A stretch of 64,000 nucleotides of DNA, taken from contig MQRK01238430.1 in assembly GCA_001938485.1 (NCBI GenBank), positions 99,490-163,489 of the forward strand, in the 5' to 3' direction. The notes below the pieces were generated by a model that ran no database searches, was not told the DNA's origin, and was given only the letters and a program-made list of their open reading frames with translations. Each line of letters starts with the position of its first letter. The first letter of the stretch is position 1. Source of the DNA: Girardia tigrina. Taxonomy: Eukaryota. Made by a program: the position numbers and the translations under genes. Shown here one piece after another: positions 41,301 to 52,700 of this stretch.

Positions 41301-43116
41301 TACACACCTATTATTTTTTATTCAGGGTATTAAGAACACCAATATGACTTAACATTTTTATTATTATAACAGGCTTGATTGTTATATATTTAAATTTTTA
41401 CTCAAAATTTATTGGATAAAAATTAAAATGATTATTATTTATTTAAGAAATATTAATTCAAATTATTTATTTAAAAATTGTAAATAAAATTAATAAACTT
41501 ATTTAAAATTTTACAATTATTTTAAATTAGAAATAAATTTAAATCTTACATATTTTCAGATAATAAAAATTAAAATATTAATCAGCCATCTGGGTAGGAG
41601 AGACACATTTCCAAATCAACATACAACATTCAAACAAAAAACATCAAACATTCAAAATATTCCTCACACAAGGCATTGACCAATTACAATAGGTCATATG
41701 TAGTCAAAATAAAATAATTTTTGGTAAAAATGTTTGAAAAAAATTTATTTTTTGATACAGGGGCTGACCATAATTGACGTTACGCGATTTTAACAGATTT
41801 CTAAACCCCCTTCCCTCTCGTCATATTTCGTTATAACAAGCCTGAACCCCCTTAAATATGATGTCACAAAGCTCTGACTCCCCTTTACATTTTCCTTTTG
41901 TTATCATATCTCATTTTTTTCACAAAACTAATATTAAACTTCTGTCTCATTATCAAATCAAAGGATTACTGCGACATATATCAACAATAGTTTGTAATAA
42001 TGAAGGCTGATCTTCCTCAATTCTGGGCTTACCAGGTTTGGCCCTGACGTTCATTGAGTTACAATTGACAGCAATTGAACACTGATTTTAGGGTAACGTG
42101 ATCTAATTAACAATGCTTACACAGATGTTGAAATTATCAATATTAATGCCTTATTTTCGGGAGACGAGTGAATTCGTCATACCTTTTTTTATAGTACAGT
42201 GCGGAAGCCGAGTTTACTCGTTTTCTTTCGCGAAGTGCTAAGGTGCGGCAAACTTGTAAATAATGGGCTCTAGACAGGTGTGACGGGGGGCGTTATATAA
42301 TGTCAGCGGTATCTAATCTATCTATCTGCCGATAAAATGAAGTTGAGACGCCTCGATTTGGCGGGAAAAGCTCCGACTACATAGGGTTAACATCACATTT
42401 ACATTTTTCCTATGCTCTGCAATAAAGCTCTTCCTCTCTTTTAGACCATGGTCTTTAATTCGTTTAGAAAGATGACAGGTAATCTCTCTAATGTAGGTGA
42501 CATCGCACTTATTACATTTATAGTCAAAAACAATATTAGAACAAAGAGTTAAAGGTGTAATAGATTTATTACTGGACCTATTTTGAATTTTATGAGATGA
42601 GAAATTATATAATTTTAGTTGCTTTTAACAATGCATTTTTAAAAGTTTTTAAATTCTTCAGATATTGTTGAATGTCAAAGTGACTACATATATTGTAAAT
42701 ATAATATAATTAAATAAATAAACCGATAATTCAAAATCGCAAATTGTCTTTCCAAATAAAAAATACTTTACCAGTTTTGCCATTCCGAAAAATTCCCCAT
42801 TCCCGTAAGCTTTAATGACGCCTAAATTTGTCATAATTGTGTTTCTAAACTTTTGAAAAGTGCTCAATGCATTATTATAGACAATCAAAACTAATGTTTG
42901 TTCGGTCGATCGACAAAGATTCTAAATGAGGAAGTTTCATTTGATTTTTCAACAGAAATTAGTAAATAATTTACACAGTTTTCTGTGTCGACCATCGGTT
43001 CCGATTTGGTCCATCCGCAAATGTTTGAGGCATTTACTGATATTTATTTGGAAACTAATTAGGGTTTTGTTCTTTATTTATGCATATGTATTACCTCCCG
43101 AGTCGAATAAAGCCAT
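29362..43116 (-). CDS. Tandem DUF1330-like (dimeric alpha-beta barrel) protein, 238 aa, 6 exons: 43116-43095, 43036-42975, 42921-42772, 36609-36426, 29714-29499, 29444-29362
   Basis: All five introns are GT-AG and phase-compatible (58, 53, 6162, 6711, 54 nt); 717 nt open frame. Two repeats match the DUF1330 pattern: IKAYGNGEFFG...CIEGQFP..WGLGILSFDNKENA and LVLKFNGLIIAGS...VFRG...YIFIIQWSS..DF..Y. Confidence 0.85.
30914..34887 (-). mobile_element. Complete compact Ty3/Gypsy provirus (3974 bp) in intron 4 of the DUF1330 gene
   Basis: 154-bp LTRs 30914-31067 and 34734-34887 (4 mismatches), 5-bp TSD GTTTA, PBS TGGTGTCAGAAG (tRNA-Leu type), PPT AGGAGGGGAGG; gag, FLIDSGAD protease, RT, RNaseH and integrase fragments. 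Confidence 0.97.
36066..36315. mobile_element. piggyBac-type terminal repeat, copy 1 (copy 2 at ~42157-42390)
   Basis: Shared GACGAGT.AA.TCGTC, GCCGAGTTTACTCG, CTAGACAGGTGT blocks; copy 2 ends ACATAGGG-TTAA. Confidence 0.6.
38617..39418 (-). pseudogene. Decayed duplicate of exons 1-3 of the DUF1330 gene
   Basis: Exon 1' 39418-39397 (MALFASE), exon 2' 38775-38714 with donor GT>GG, exon 3' 38672-38617 internally deleted (LGTIKAFENGEFCRKAKL); ~570-bp insertion in intron 1'. Confidence 0.85.
40370..40991 (+). mobile_element. LTR-like repeat with central gap
   Basis: Purine run AAAGGGAG then TGTGAAAAATCG ... CGTTTTTCA inverted ends; GC-richer interior. Confidence 0.4.
41759..41890 (+). mobile_element. 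PIF/Harbinger-type MITE end
   Basis: AGGGGCTGACCATAATTGACGTTACGC...CCCCC is typical of Harbinger MITE termini. Confidence 0.45.
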
Positions 43117-43363
43117 AGTTAAGTTATCGATTACAATATTGATACTTAAAATTGATTACTTTAAATTATAGAACTGCCATATGTTTATTCTATTTTATTT
43201 TGTAATTATTTTGTCAATATATAACTATTATATAAAATACTCGTATTAAATGAAGCTGCAAACATTTTTTTCACTATTATGTTTTTAACGATTTAAAATT
43301 TTTTGCTTTAAAACAACTTAAATTAAAATTATATACCTCACTTAAAATTATATACCTTGACCC

Positions 43364-44125
43364 TTAACAATCACTGGGGGCTCTTGAGTCATCAGAAATG
43401 TTTCTACTCAAAGGGGTCGTGACATATGAATTTCTCGTTCTGTGGTCTTGGTGTTCTTTTTTTATTTTCCACTGTTCTCCATTCATTTTCTCTTTTTGTG
43501 TTATATGCCGCAACTGGAGCATTTCTTTTCTTTTTATCATATTCGAACATTCTCGTTTGAATGTCTTCAATTTCGTCAGATTTCTTGACACCTCTAACAG
43601 CTATTTCTTTCTGTGCGTTCTCGTCATCTATCAGATTAGCGTAGACCAAATTTGATAGTTACTTTTTACCCAACTTTTTCTCAATTAACTTTTCAATGAT
43701 TTCATCAGCCTTTCTAAATATTACTGTTGGGTCGCTAGATCCAATTCTCATTTCTACCAGTTCCTTCATTAGATCCAGGATAGATTTTTCCTTTGAAAAT
43801 GTGGATCTTAGTTTCTCTTCACATGTTTCACCGCAGCTGCTTCATAATTTATTATGGCATCCGGAGTCATATATTGTGTTGCTAATAAGATTTTCCTCTC
43901 CTCTGAAAATCCCATTATCTTCGCATACATGTTAAAGCTCGTTATGAATGCCTCAACTTTTGTTTCTGATCCATCAAAAATCTCCGGACCTCTGATGTTC
44001 GGAATCACGTGGTTGTGTGTCGCCATATTAAGAACACCAACATGGGTTTTCAAACTTTTATTTTCAATACAATCAGAATTGTCTTTTGGACAACTCTCAG
44101 CAAAACTCTCGTCATTCGACATCAT
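43364..44125 (-). mobile_element. Retrotransposon gag remnant
   Basis: PEIFDGSETKVEAFITSFNMYAKIMGFSEERKILLA..YM is a typical Gag capsid N-terminal motif; frameshifted. Confidence 0.7.
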
Positions 44126-46732
44126 TCTAAATTGATAATTTTTTGTTAATGTTTGTTAATAAACAATTATTCGGTTCGATTTGCTTTCTCGATTTATATA
44201 TCGTTCGGTAATTAATTCGGTCAGACGAGATCAGATAAATATTGATCTCGCACTAATTAACTAGGCTCTATTAATAAATTCTTAGCTGACCAGTAATTAA
44301 TTCGGTCAGACGAGATCAGATAAATATTGATCTCGCGATAATCTTGAACTTTAAAATCTTCTTATAAATAAATTCTTAGCTGACCTTTCAAATCTAAATT
44401 CTTAACCTTTGAAATCTTTAAGGACTTTTTTAATTAAAATTTTTGAGGGCCTTCTTCTGATCTTTTTCTTTCTTTTTATACCCTTCTTTTTAATTATAAT
44501 TGTTTTTATTTATCTTTTAAAATATAATATTTATCTTTCTTTCCTAAATGTTCTTTTATTTAATTTAGTTTGTTTATTTTTCTAAAAAGTTTTATTTCCA
44601 TTATTTATATATAATTTATATTTATTATGATAAAAAGGTAAATAACTTCTTATTTTACCTATTTAATTAAAACAAATACTTAATTTTTAAATATTTTATT
44701 TTATATACTCGACATTTATGCAGGTGATAATTAGAGTCACAGAAAAGGCATTAGTTGATTGAAATTTTGTTAAGCTCTACCTCTACTGAAGATTGCTGAT
44801 TTAAGTCGACAGTGTTGATTGTCGGATTCATGTTGTGGTAAGCTATATTTCATAGGACTAGGTCAAGAGATTTAGGATGATCGAAAGCTGCACTCGTGTC
44901 GTTCAACAAAAGGCGTTCTTAGTTATCTTGGATAAGTATGTGAGAAATAAATACATATATAATGTACTATTCTGTGATAACAATTTCAGTAACGTCTCTG
45001 AAATTTTAATCTCAAAGAAAGGAGTTGAGAGCTAAGATGTACTGATAGCTATACTCATCGTGTGTTTACTTTCGAGTTGATATGATGTGATGAGCAAATA
45101 TTTCATTCCTAGGCTGGTGAAAAATTCTTTTCAATAGAGCTAAAAATTGATCAAAAGGAGAAGCGTGTGTGAAACAAACTAATTTGAGTAAAAAAGATTT
45201 TTTTTCTAGAAATATTTCTATGAAAATTTATAAGACTTTGATATATTTACTGTCTGCAAAAGATTTCATATTCTTATAAAAAATGTGAGACACTTGAAAG
45301 CAACAATTTTTGTGAAAATAGCCAAATAATTTGTGTATGCACAAACTATTTGGGGTAACACAGTCGCACTGAAAATACTATTTGATAGTGCAATTTTCAA
45401 ATGAAAAAGGATTTCTTGAGATGACAAAATGTTCTGTAAATATGGTAACTTAAATTTACATTTGTAACTAATAAGTTTGTCAAATTGCAGGCCACTTTTC
45501 CATTCGTTTATTAACTTACTTTCTTTATATGTATATATGTATATGTTATTCCGAATTTGTGTATTCGGCAACTCATTTGCCGAATTCTTGAATCGGGCAA
45601 GTTTTTGCCGAATGTTTTGATAATAAATGCTGAATTTTTCATATTTAATTGATTTTTTATAATTAATTGATATTTTGCATATTAAATACATATTTTTCAT
45701 ATTTTATTGGTATTTTGCATAATAAATCGATTTTTTTCACATTAAATATATAATCTTGCATTTTAAATTTAGAAATTTTCACATTACAATGAAAATTTGC
45801 ATATTTACTCATTCTCGATAACAATAAATGATATTTTTTAAATTTGATCAAAGTAAGAAATTAAAAGAAAATTTACTTGAAAACGTTATGCGATTATCCA
45901 CAAATGTTTAAACTGTAATTAATAGAATTTTTTTGGTTTTTTCCTTCCATGCTTTATAAAAATGGAGTTGTAATTTTTTCGTATGAAAATTTCCCTTCTA
46001 CAAAAGATTACAAAAAATTCTGATAGCTAAGTATATTCTGTCCGCATGAAGAATGGATTAAAATTTTTTGTAATTTATTTGTTATTCGTACATGTAGATT
46101 GATCTTATTCATCTGTAGATTGATCCCAGACACACTTTGGCGGTTCGGTGTAAAATTAACCAGTACAATGTATGGAGATGCCTGATTTTTAAGTCAAATA
46201 TTTATTTTTGATTTTGTGTTTTCAGTACAAAATATGTAAAACTTTTGCAAATTTTAACAAATCTATTGAGGCAAAAGATTTAGGCCGATTTTAGTAAATA
46301 TCTGATTTCTCTTTGGATCACATTTTAAAATTTGATTTTTATTGATAAGAATAATCTAGATTACAATATTTTTAATGTTTATTTTCCTAAATTAAATGTT
46401 TCTAAGTCTACAGTTTCAAAATGATTATTACAAACAATTATTATAACCCAATAGGCAATAGTGGATCTTTAAAATGATTTTTAAAACGTTAAATTTGTAT
46501 TTATCTTTATTAAAATAAGTTTTTTTAACATTTATTTAAAATTTATTTAGATCATTTCTTAAAAATTTAACTTATTTCTTAACCATAAACATTTATTTCG
46601 GCCATCAAACAAAATTATTATCACTTACATTTTGTTTTAATTCACTAAAATCATATACTTTTGTTTGCCGTAATGTTTAATAGTTGAATGTAAATTTCTC
46701 TTCAAATAAAAACTAATCTCGATTCAATCAAA

Positions 46733-49700
46733 ATGTTTAAAAAAGTAAACAGATTTTATTTCAATAAATATTAATTTACAAAACGCTGTTTTCAGGTCCG
46801 TTTTATGAATAGTTTTCCGAACAAATATGTGATAATTATCGGAGTCGTTTCTTCGTGGATTTTATATTACAATCATTTGAATTTCTTAGGCATTTTGATA
46901 TTAACTGTCATCGTATTATTGTTGTATATCAATGAAAAATTGATTGGATCTAATAAACCGCAAGTGATTCCTAAAATAAATACGAAAACCGGTGAAAGTG
47001 CCGAATGGCTCAATACTCTCATTCAACGATGGTTTTTTTATGATAATAACTGATTCTATCATTGGAACATTTCTCGGATTTCAGGTGGATTTTTTCCATT
47101 TCTGGATCGGAGAATTACTTTCGGAAAAGAATCAATAAAATTCTTAAAACACACACGCCTGAGTTCTTCGGTATATATTTATGATACATATGTAAATCTT
47201 TATGTAACCATGTATTATTTATTTATAATAAACAAAATGTAATTATTATATCGACAGCTAAAACATCGACATAAAAAATAGAAATACAAAGAAATGTTTT
47301 AATGATAATAAAAATTTAAGATTAGAAAATTCTGCGACTATAATCGGCATCCTACGGCATTATGGATGGTACTTTTAAAACTGTTTCAAATGCATTTTAT
47401 CAGTTATACACTATTAATGGTTCTGTTGGCAATGAAGATTTGCGAGTGTTACCATTGGTATATTCGTTAATGACAAGCAAAAGAGAAAATAACTACAGGG
47501 TTTTCCAATAAGAAGTGTTATTTTGATATTCAAAGAAAAATCCATTTTTATAAGGTCGTATATTTATTACATTATAAAGAGAAAGGTGTGTCGTTAGTAA
47601 TGGTAAATAACATCAGCCAAATGACCACCACGACCACGCCTACAGGACCATATCCTTTTCATGAAATTTTCCATAACCAAATTGCAAAGTGGCTGCCCTA
47701 TGTCCTCGATAGCCTCACGAATTCAATCTTTGAGATCTTGAATCGACGCTGGGCTTTTGGCGTAGACCTTCTCTTTCACGTGGTGCAAAGAAAGAAGTCA
47801 CAAGGTGTCACATCACAAGACCTCGGTGGCCAATTGTGATCACCTCTTCGAGAGATAACACGATTCAGAAACGTTTCCCGTAAAAGATCAAAGGTTTCGT
47901 TGCTTTTGTGGCACGTAACGCCGTCTTGTTGAAAGTAAAAGTGGTCCAGATGTATATCATCCGATTCCGACCATAAAAAATTAATAATGATCTCTAGATA
48001 GTGTAATCCATTCACCGTAACTTTTGCTCCAGCCTCATTATCGAAAAAATAAGGTCCATTGACCCCGCCGCACCAAACAGTCACACATAGAGGATGAAGA
48101 GGCTTTTCAACAATAAATCTGTGGTTTTCAGAGCCACAGATGCGACAATTTTGCTTGTTGACGAAGCCACCGAGGTGGAAATGGGCCTCATCATTAAGGA
48201 TGATTTTTTGATGGAATTCCGTATCATTTTAATGCATTTTAAGGACCCAATCAGTAAAGACACGACGTTGTTGATGATCGACCGGCTGGAGTTTTTGCGT
48301 TAACTGAACTTTATAAGCCCTAAGACTGAAATCTTTATGCAAAATATGGTGTAAAGACGTTTGTGGTATGCCTAATTTCAAAGAACGACGATGAATGGAC
48401 AAACCTGGGTTTTCTTCAATACTTTGGGCTACAGCAGCAATAAACTCGGCTGTTCTTGAGCGATGTGCACGGATTTTATTCTTCAAATCATTAACTTGTC
48501 CCAACAGCTCGAATATTTTCACCAAATTCTGTATTCCGGTCCTACAAGGTGCTTCACGACAACCAAAAAATGTTCGAGTTTTAAGAACCATCTCTGCCCA
48601 AAATTCACCATTTTGTATTGAATTTTAATAATTTGAAGGCGTTATTTAAGCGTGTGTCGTTCCATTTTGATTAATGGCGTAGTTTATACTTCTCAAATGT
48701 CAAAAAATGAGATCTGCCGAAATAGTGGGCTATTCAAAATAACACCTCGTTTTGGATATATTGGATATATTTGGATATATATATTATTTAATTTAATTTA
48801 ATTTAAACACACCGCTTAGGTGGATTCAAATCAAATGTGAGACACGTTTCCAACCCGGTTGGAAAAGGCTTCATATTCCAGCGATTTGTTGCTTTCGCGT
48901 CTACCTTTGTCGCGCTGTCGGCAAAGAGTTACGCTCTCCAAGAGAGTCAACTGCTTGTGGTGTTAGGCAGTGCCATCTTTTATTAAGTCATCGTAAGAGA
49001 TGTAGATAACGGCATACCTTCCTCTTTATAATGTAATAAAAATCCGATCATTTATCTTATAAAAATGGATTTTTCTTTGAATATCAAAATAACGCCTCTT
49101 ATTGGAAAACCCTATATAAAACGGCTTTTTGAAGATTTAATAGATTTGGCATTAGAAAATGAAATTAATCTAAACTCATCTGTGATTATGACAGATCTAG
49201 AACTTCCGGTAACAAATGCAGTTAGAGTAGAATTTCCTAAAGCTCAAAATAAAATATTTTTTTTTCATTTCGGTCAATGCTTTTGGAAAAAAATTCAAAG
49301 TAACATCAATATTCACCGTGATGCTAAAGAGTTGGTGAGATGGTTTAAAAAAATATGTACATTTCACCATTTCTGTGGTCTGTATATGATGTAATTCACC
49401 AAGGTATTCTAATAAACACAAAATATCGTCGAGTCTTGGCACTGAAGATGGGAATGTATTATTAGGCTTGTCAATATTTTTCTGTCGATGTTGTGACTTG
49501 TCGATATTTTGGCCTGTGTCCAATTATTATATATCACTAAAAATGTATTTATATAATTGATTTAATATAGTGAAAAGCGAAGAAACATCTTATAAGTAAA
49601 CATTTATTACTTCACAATTTATGACAGATTTCATTCTTATCAGAACATCATCAGGTGCATCGTCCATTGACAAGAACAGATTTATAAAATTATCAAAAAA

Positions 49701-52700
49701 ATGAATCCAAAAATGAGTCTGTATCAAACACAGTAAATATTAGTATCTCTAACTAAATATCTTAAGCGTTTTAAGTATATTTTTAAAATATATTTATAAA
49801 ATATTTGACAAATATTCTGTGTTCGATACAGACTCCTTTTTGATTTCATTGTGGTATTTTATAAATGTTTTATCAATGGACTATCCACCTGATGATGTTA
49901 TGATAAGAATGAAACATGTCGTGAATTGTGAAATAATAAATGGTTACTTAAAATATATATTTATATGTATATTAGACCAATAACTCCATCTTCCTTTTCC
50001 AGTACCCACAGGGAAATCCCGCTATAAGTGACCGTTTCTTGTGGATTGGTTCGGGAAAGAGGGGAAAATTAATTAACAAAACACTATAACTAATTAGATT
50101 TGTTAAAATAAATACACATATGTATTGATAATTTAATGCCCTTTCAATCAATAAAAAGATTCTCAAGATCTCAGTTTTAATTGGCTATCCTTTATTTATA
50201 CAACATTCAAATTAACAAATGGTTCTAAAATATTTTTCGCCTAACATTCTTAAAAAGATATTTTATTGTTCTAAATCCACTTGTAAGCGGCGTTTTAAAG
50301 ATTGGATATTGCTTTCATCAAAATCGAGTATTCTGTTATACCATATGATATATCATTATAGATTTGTTTATTACCGACACAACCAAAATATTTCTGCTCG
50401 TTACAGATGAAACAAAAAATATCAATGGTTTTATCAATGACCTATTTTTTACGAATAAGTACAGCAAGACTCCCTTTGCCAAGAAAAATAAGATTTTTAT
50501 GTTTTAAATTCGACTTTAATTCTTGAAATTTAGAAGCATAGATAAATCACCTTTCATTTCTTGACTCAGTTTCTTCTTTATATGATAGGTTTCAAGCCTT
50601 TTAAAATTCGATCTACCGTACTTGTACTTATATTTATTTGTAATTTTTCTAAATTTGACTTTTAAATCTGATAATCTAAGTAAGCAATTCTCGTCAACCT
50701 GAGAAATTACTATTTCTTTAAGTTCCATCTTTAATTTAAATTGGAAATTTCGTTTTTTCTTACTTCCAACAATTCTCCAGTAGCCTAAACTGTTCAACAA
50801 TACGATATACTGAGTTGTAACTTTAGTCATACATCACAGAAATAGACTTCAACAGCATTATAATAATCTATTTATTGCGTGTTTTTCATTCTCGTCAGAA
50901 ATCTTCTTCTGTTTTTTTCTGAGATCGATGATTTGAAATGATTGATTTTGAAATTATATATAAATATATATAAAAATCAAGAACGCTATTAAAATAAAAT
51001 TTTATTGTCGCAATATATTTCGGTGGATTTTCCACCATCTTCAGGCTGCATTAACAACAATTTCACTGTTTTATATACAGCAAATTGATGATTATGCAAA
51101 CATCTTGTGTAATAACTAATTAAATATTTTCAACAAATTGGAAGAGCGACTTGTTTGAACATTAACCCTACAAATACCATGTGGGAAATAGTTACATATT
51201 ATACCATGCATGGACAAATATGTCCATAAAAGTAATCAAATAAAAAGAAGCAAAAAAATTTGTTTTAAATAACAAGTCCTAATTAATTTTGAAGTATATT
51301 CAATCTGATTTGTCCACAATTATCACAAAAAATCTCGATTTTCGAATGTTTCTTACAAACAAAGAAATCACAGCTACAACATTTTGAATTAATTCTGCTG
51401 GCTTTATGTTTTGTTTCATAATCGACTGATGTGTCATAACATATCTTGCATCTTACGCGTAATACTTGTTTACTACGAGAACTCGATTCTGATATTTATA
51501 TCCATTGTGTCATTAATGATGATGATGATGATGGTAATGTGGAGGATGAAGATGAATGAACGATACAATCAATAGAAAACACAATATCTCGGTGTAGATT
51601 TGCCTTTTGTCGTCTACTTGCGTTTCGCAAAACCAACGAATGAGCTAACTCTCTTAGAAACAATTTTCTCTTATTCGGATTTTTGACTTGCCAGTCAGGA
51701 AAACTTTCGATAAATGTGTATGCATTTACACCTACTATATCCAATAATGTATAGAAAAGTGAAACAGGCCATCTAAATGTTCCTCTTTTAGTACTGTAAT
51801 GGCGGGTAATTTTATCGATTGTGTCAACACCCCCTTTAGTCATATTATAGAACGAGTTGATTTCCGGTTTACGTTTATCGCCATCAAACGTTCCAATAGA
51901 CTGATGATGAGTTGATATGAATAATACTGATTTTCGAGGCTTTGCGTTGTATGAAAGGAGTGTTTTTGGTGCTGAAGTAGAGATCGCTTTTGAAAATAAG
52001 AATACAGATGAGTACAGCTCTGTTCCGCTAGTATTTTTTATAATATTAGGAAGATGCTTTCTGTTAGATTGAATAGTTCCGACCATTGTTAGTTTAAAAT
52101 TGTGCCATAGAATATCTGCTAAATCAATAGATGAATAATAACGGTCCATCGTTATATTACGTGAAGATCCTTTGATCACCTTAACCAGTCTAATAACTAT
52201 GTCTATAGGTTTATTGGATTGTAAATCGGATTTGCCAGCATATGGCTCCATTGCTAAAACATAACGATGCTTAGCGTCTGTTATCATTCGAATAAGTATA
52301 CCGTATTTACCGGGCTTATCCTTCATAAAAATCTTGAATGGGCACCTTCCACGAAATAGTGAGAGCATCTCATCTATAGTCGTACATTCGTAAGGCTTGA
52401 AAAGTCTTGAAAATGAAGATGCAATTGATTCAAACAGATTTCTTATGGGAGCAAATTTATCAGTCTTTCTTCTTTCTTGTCTGGTACTCTTTTCATCGAA
52501 TCGCAAATGCTTTATTATTTGAATAAACCTATTTCTTGACATCGCGCCCCTGTAAAATGGTCTACCATTTAGTTGTGACCATAAATCTGTAATCGATGGA
52601 GTATTATCATTATTGCTTCCCATCATGTATAATAGTCCCATAAAGGTGAGCAGATCGATTTTATCAATCTTATCATTTTCTTCTATTATATGTTCATTCG

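Larger units (their letters stand above)
246..41668. repeat. Dispersed TGTGAGG-terminated repeat family (solo-LTR-like); copies start at 246(+), 15448(-), 20731(+), 30567(-), 41668(-)
   Basis: Each begins TGTGAGG(A/G)A and has a TCTCC..CC.A.ATGG-like core 55-80 nt in, followed by very AT-rich sequence. Confidence 0.55.
49593..49950. mobile_element. Fold-back (palindromic) Penelope-like miniature element with hammerhead motifs on both arms
   Basis: ~150-bp arms 49593-49742 and ~49810-49950 are reverse complements; CTGATGA...GAAA core in each. Confidence 0.75.

Noticed and set aside
45266-45851. 144-aa and 62-aa K/I/N-rich ORFs
   Set aside because: Composition mirrors AT-rich non-coding DNA; no motifs or splice support.
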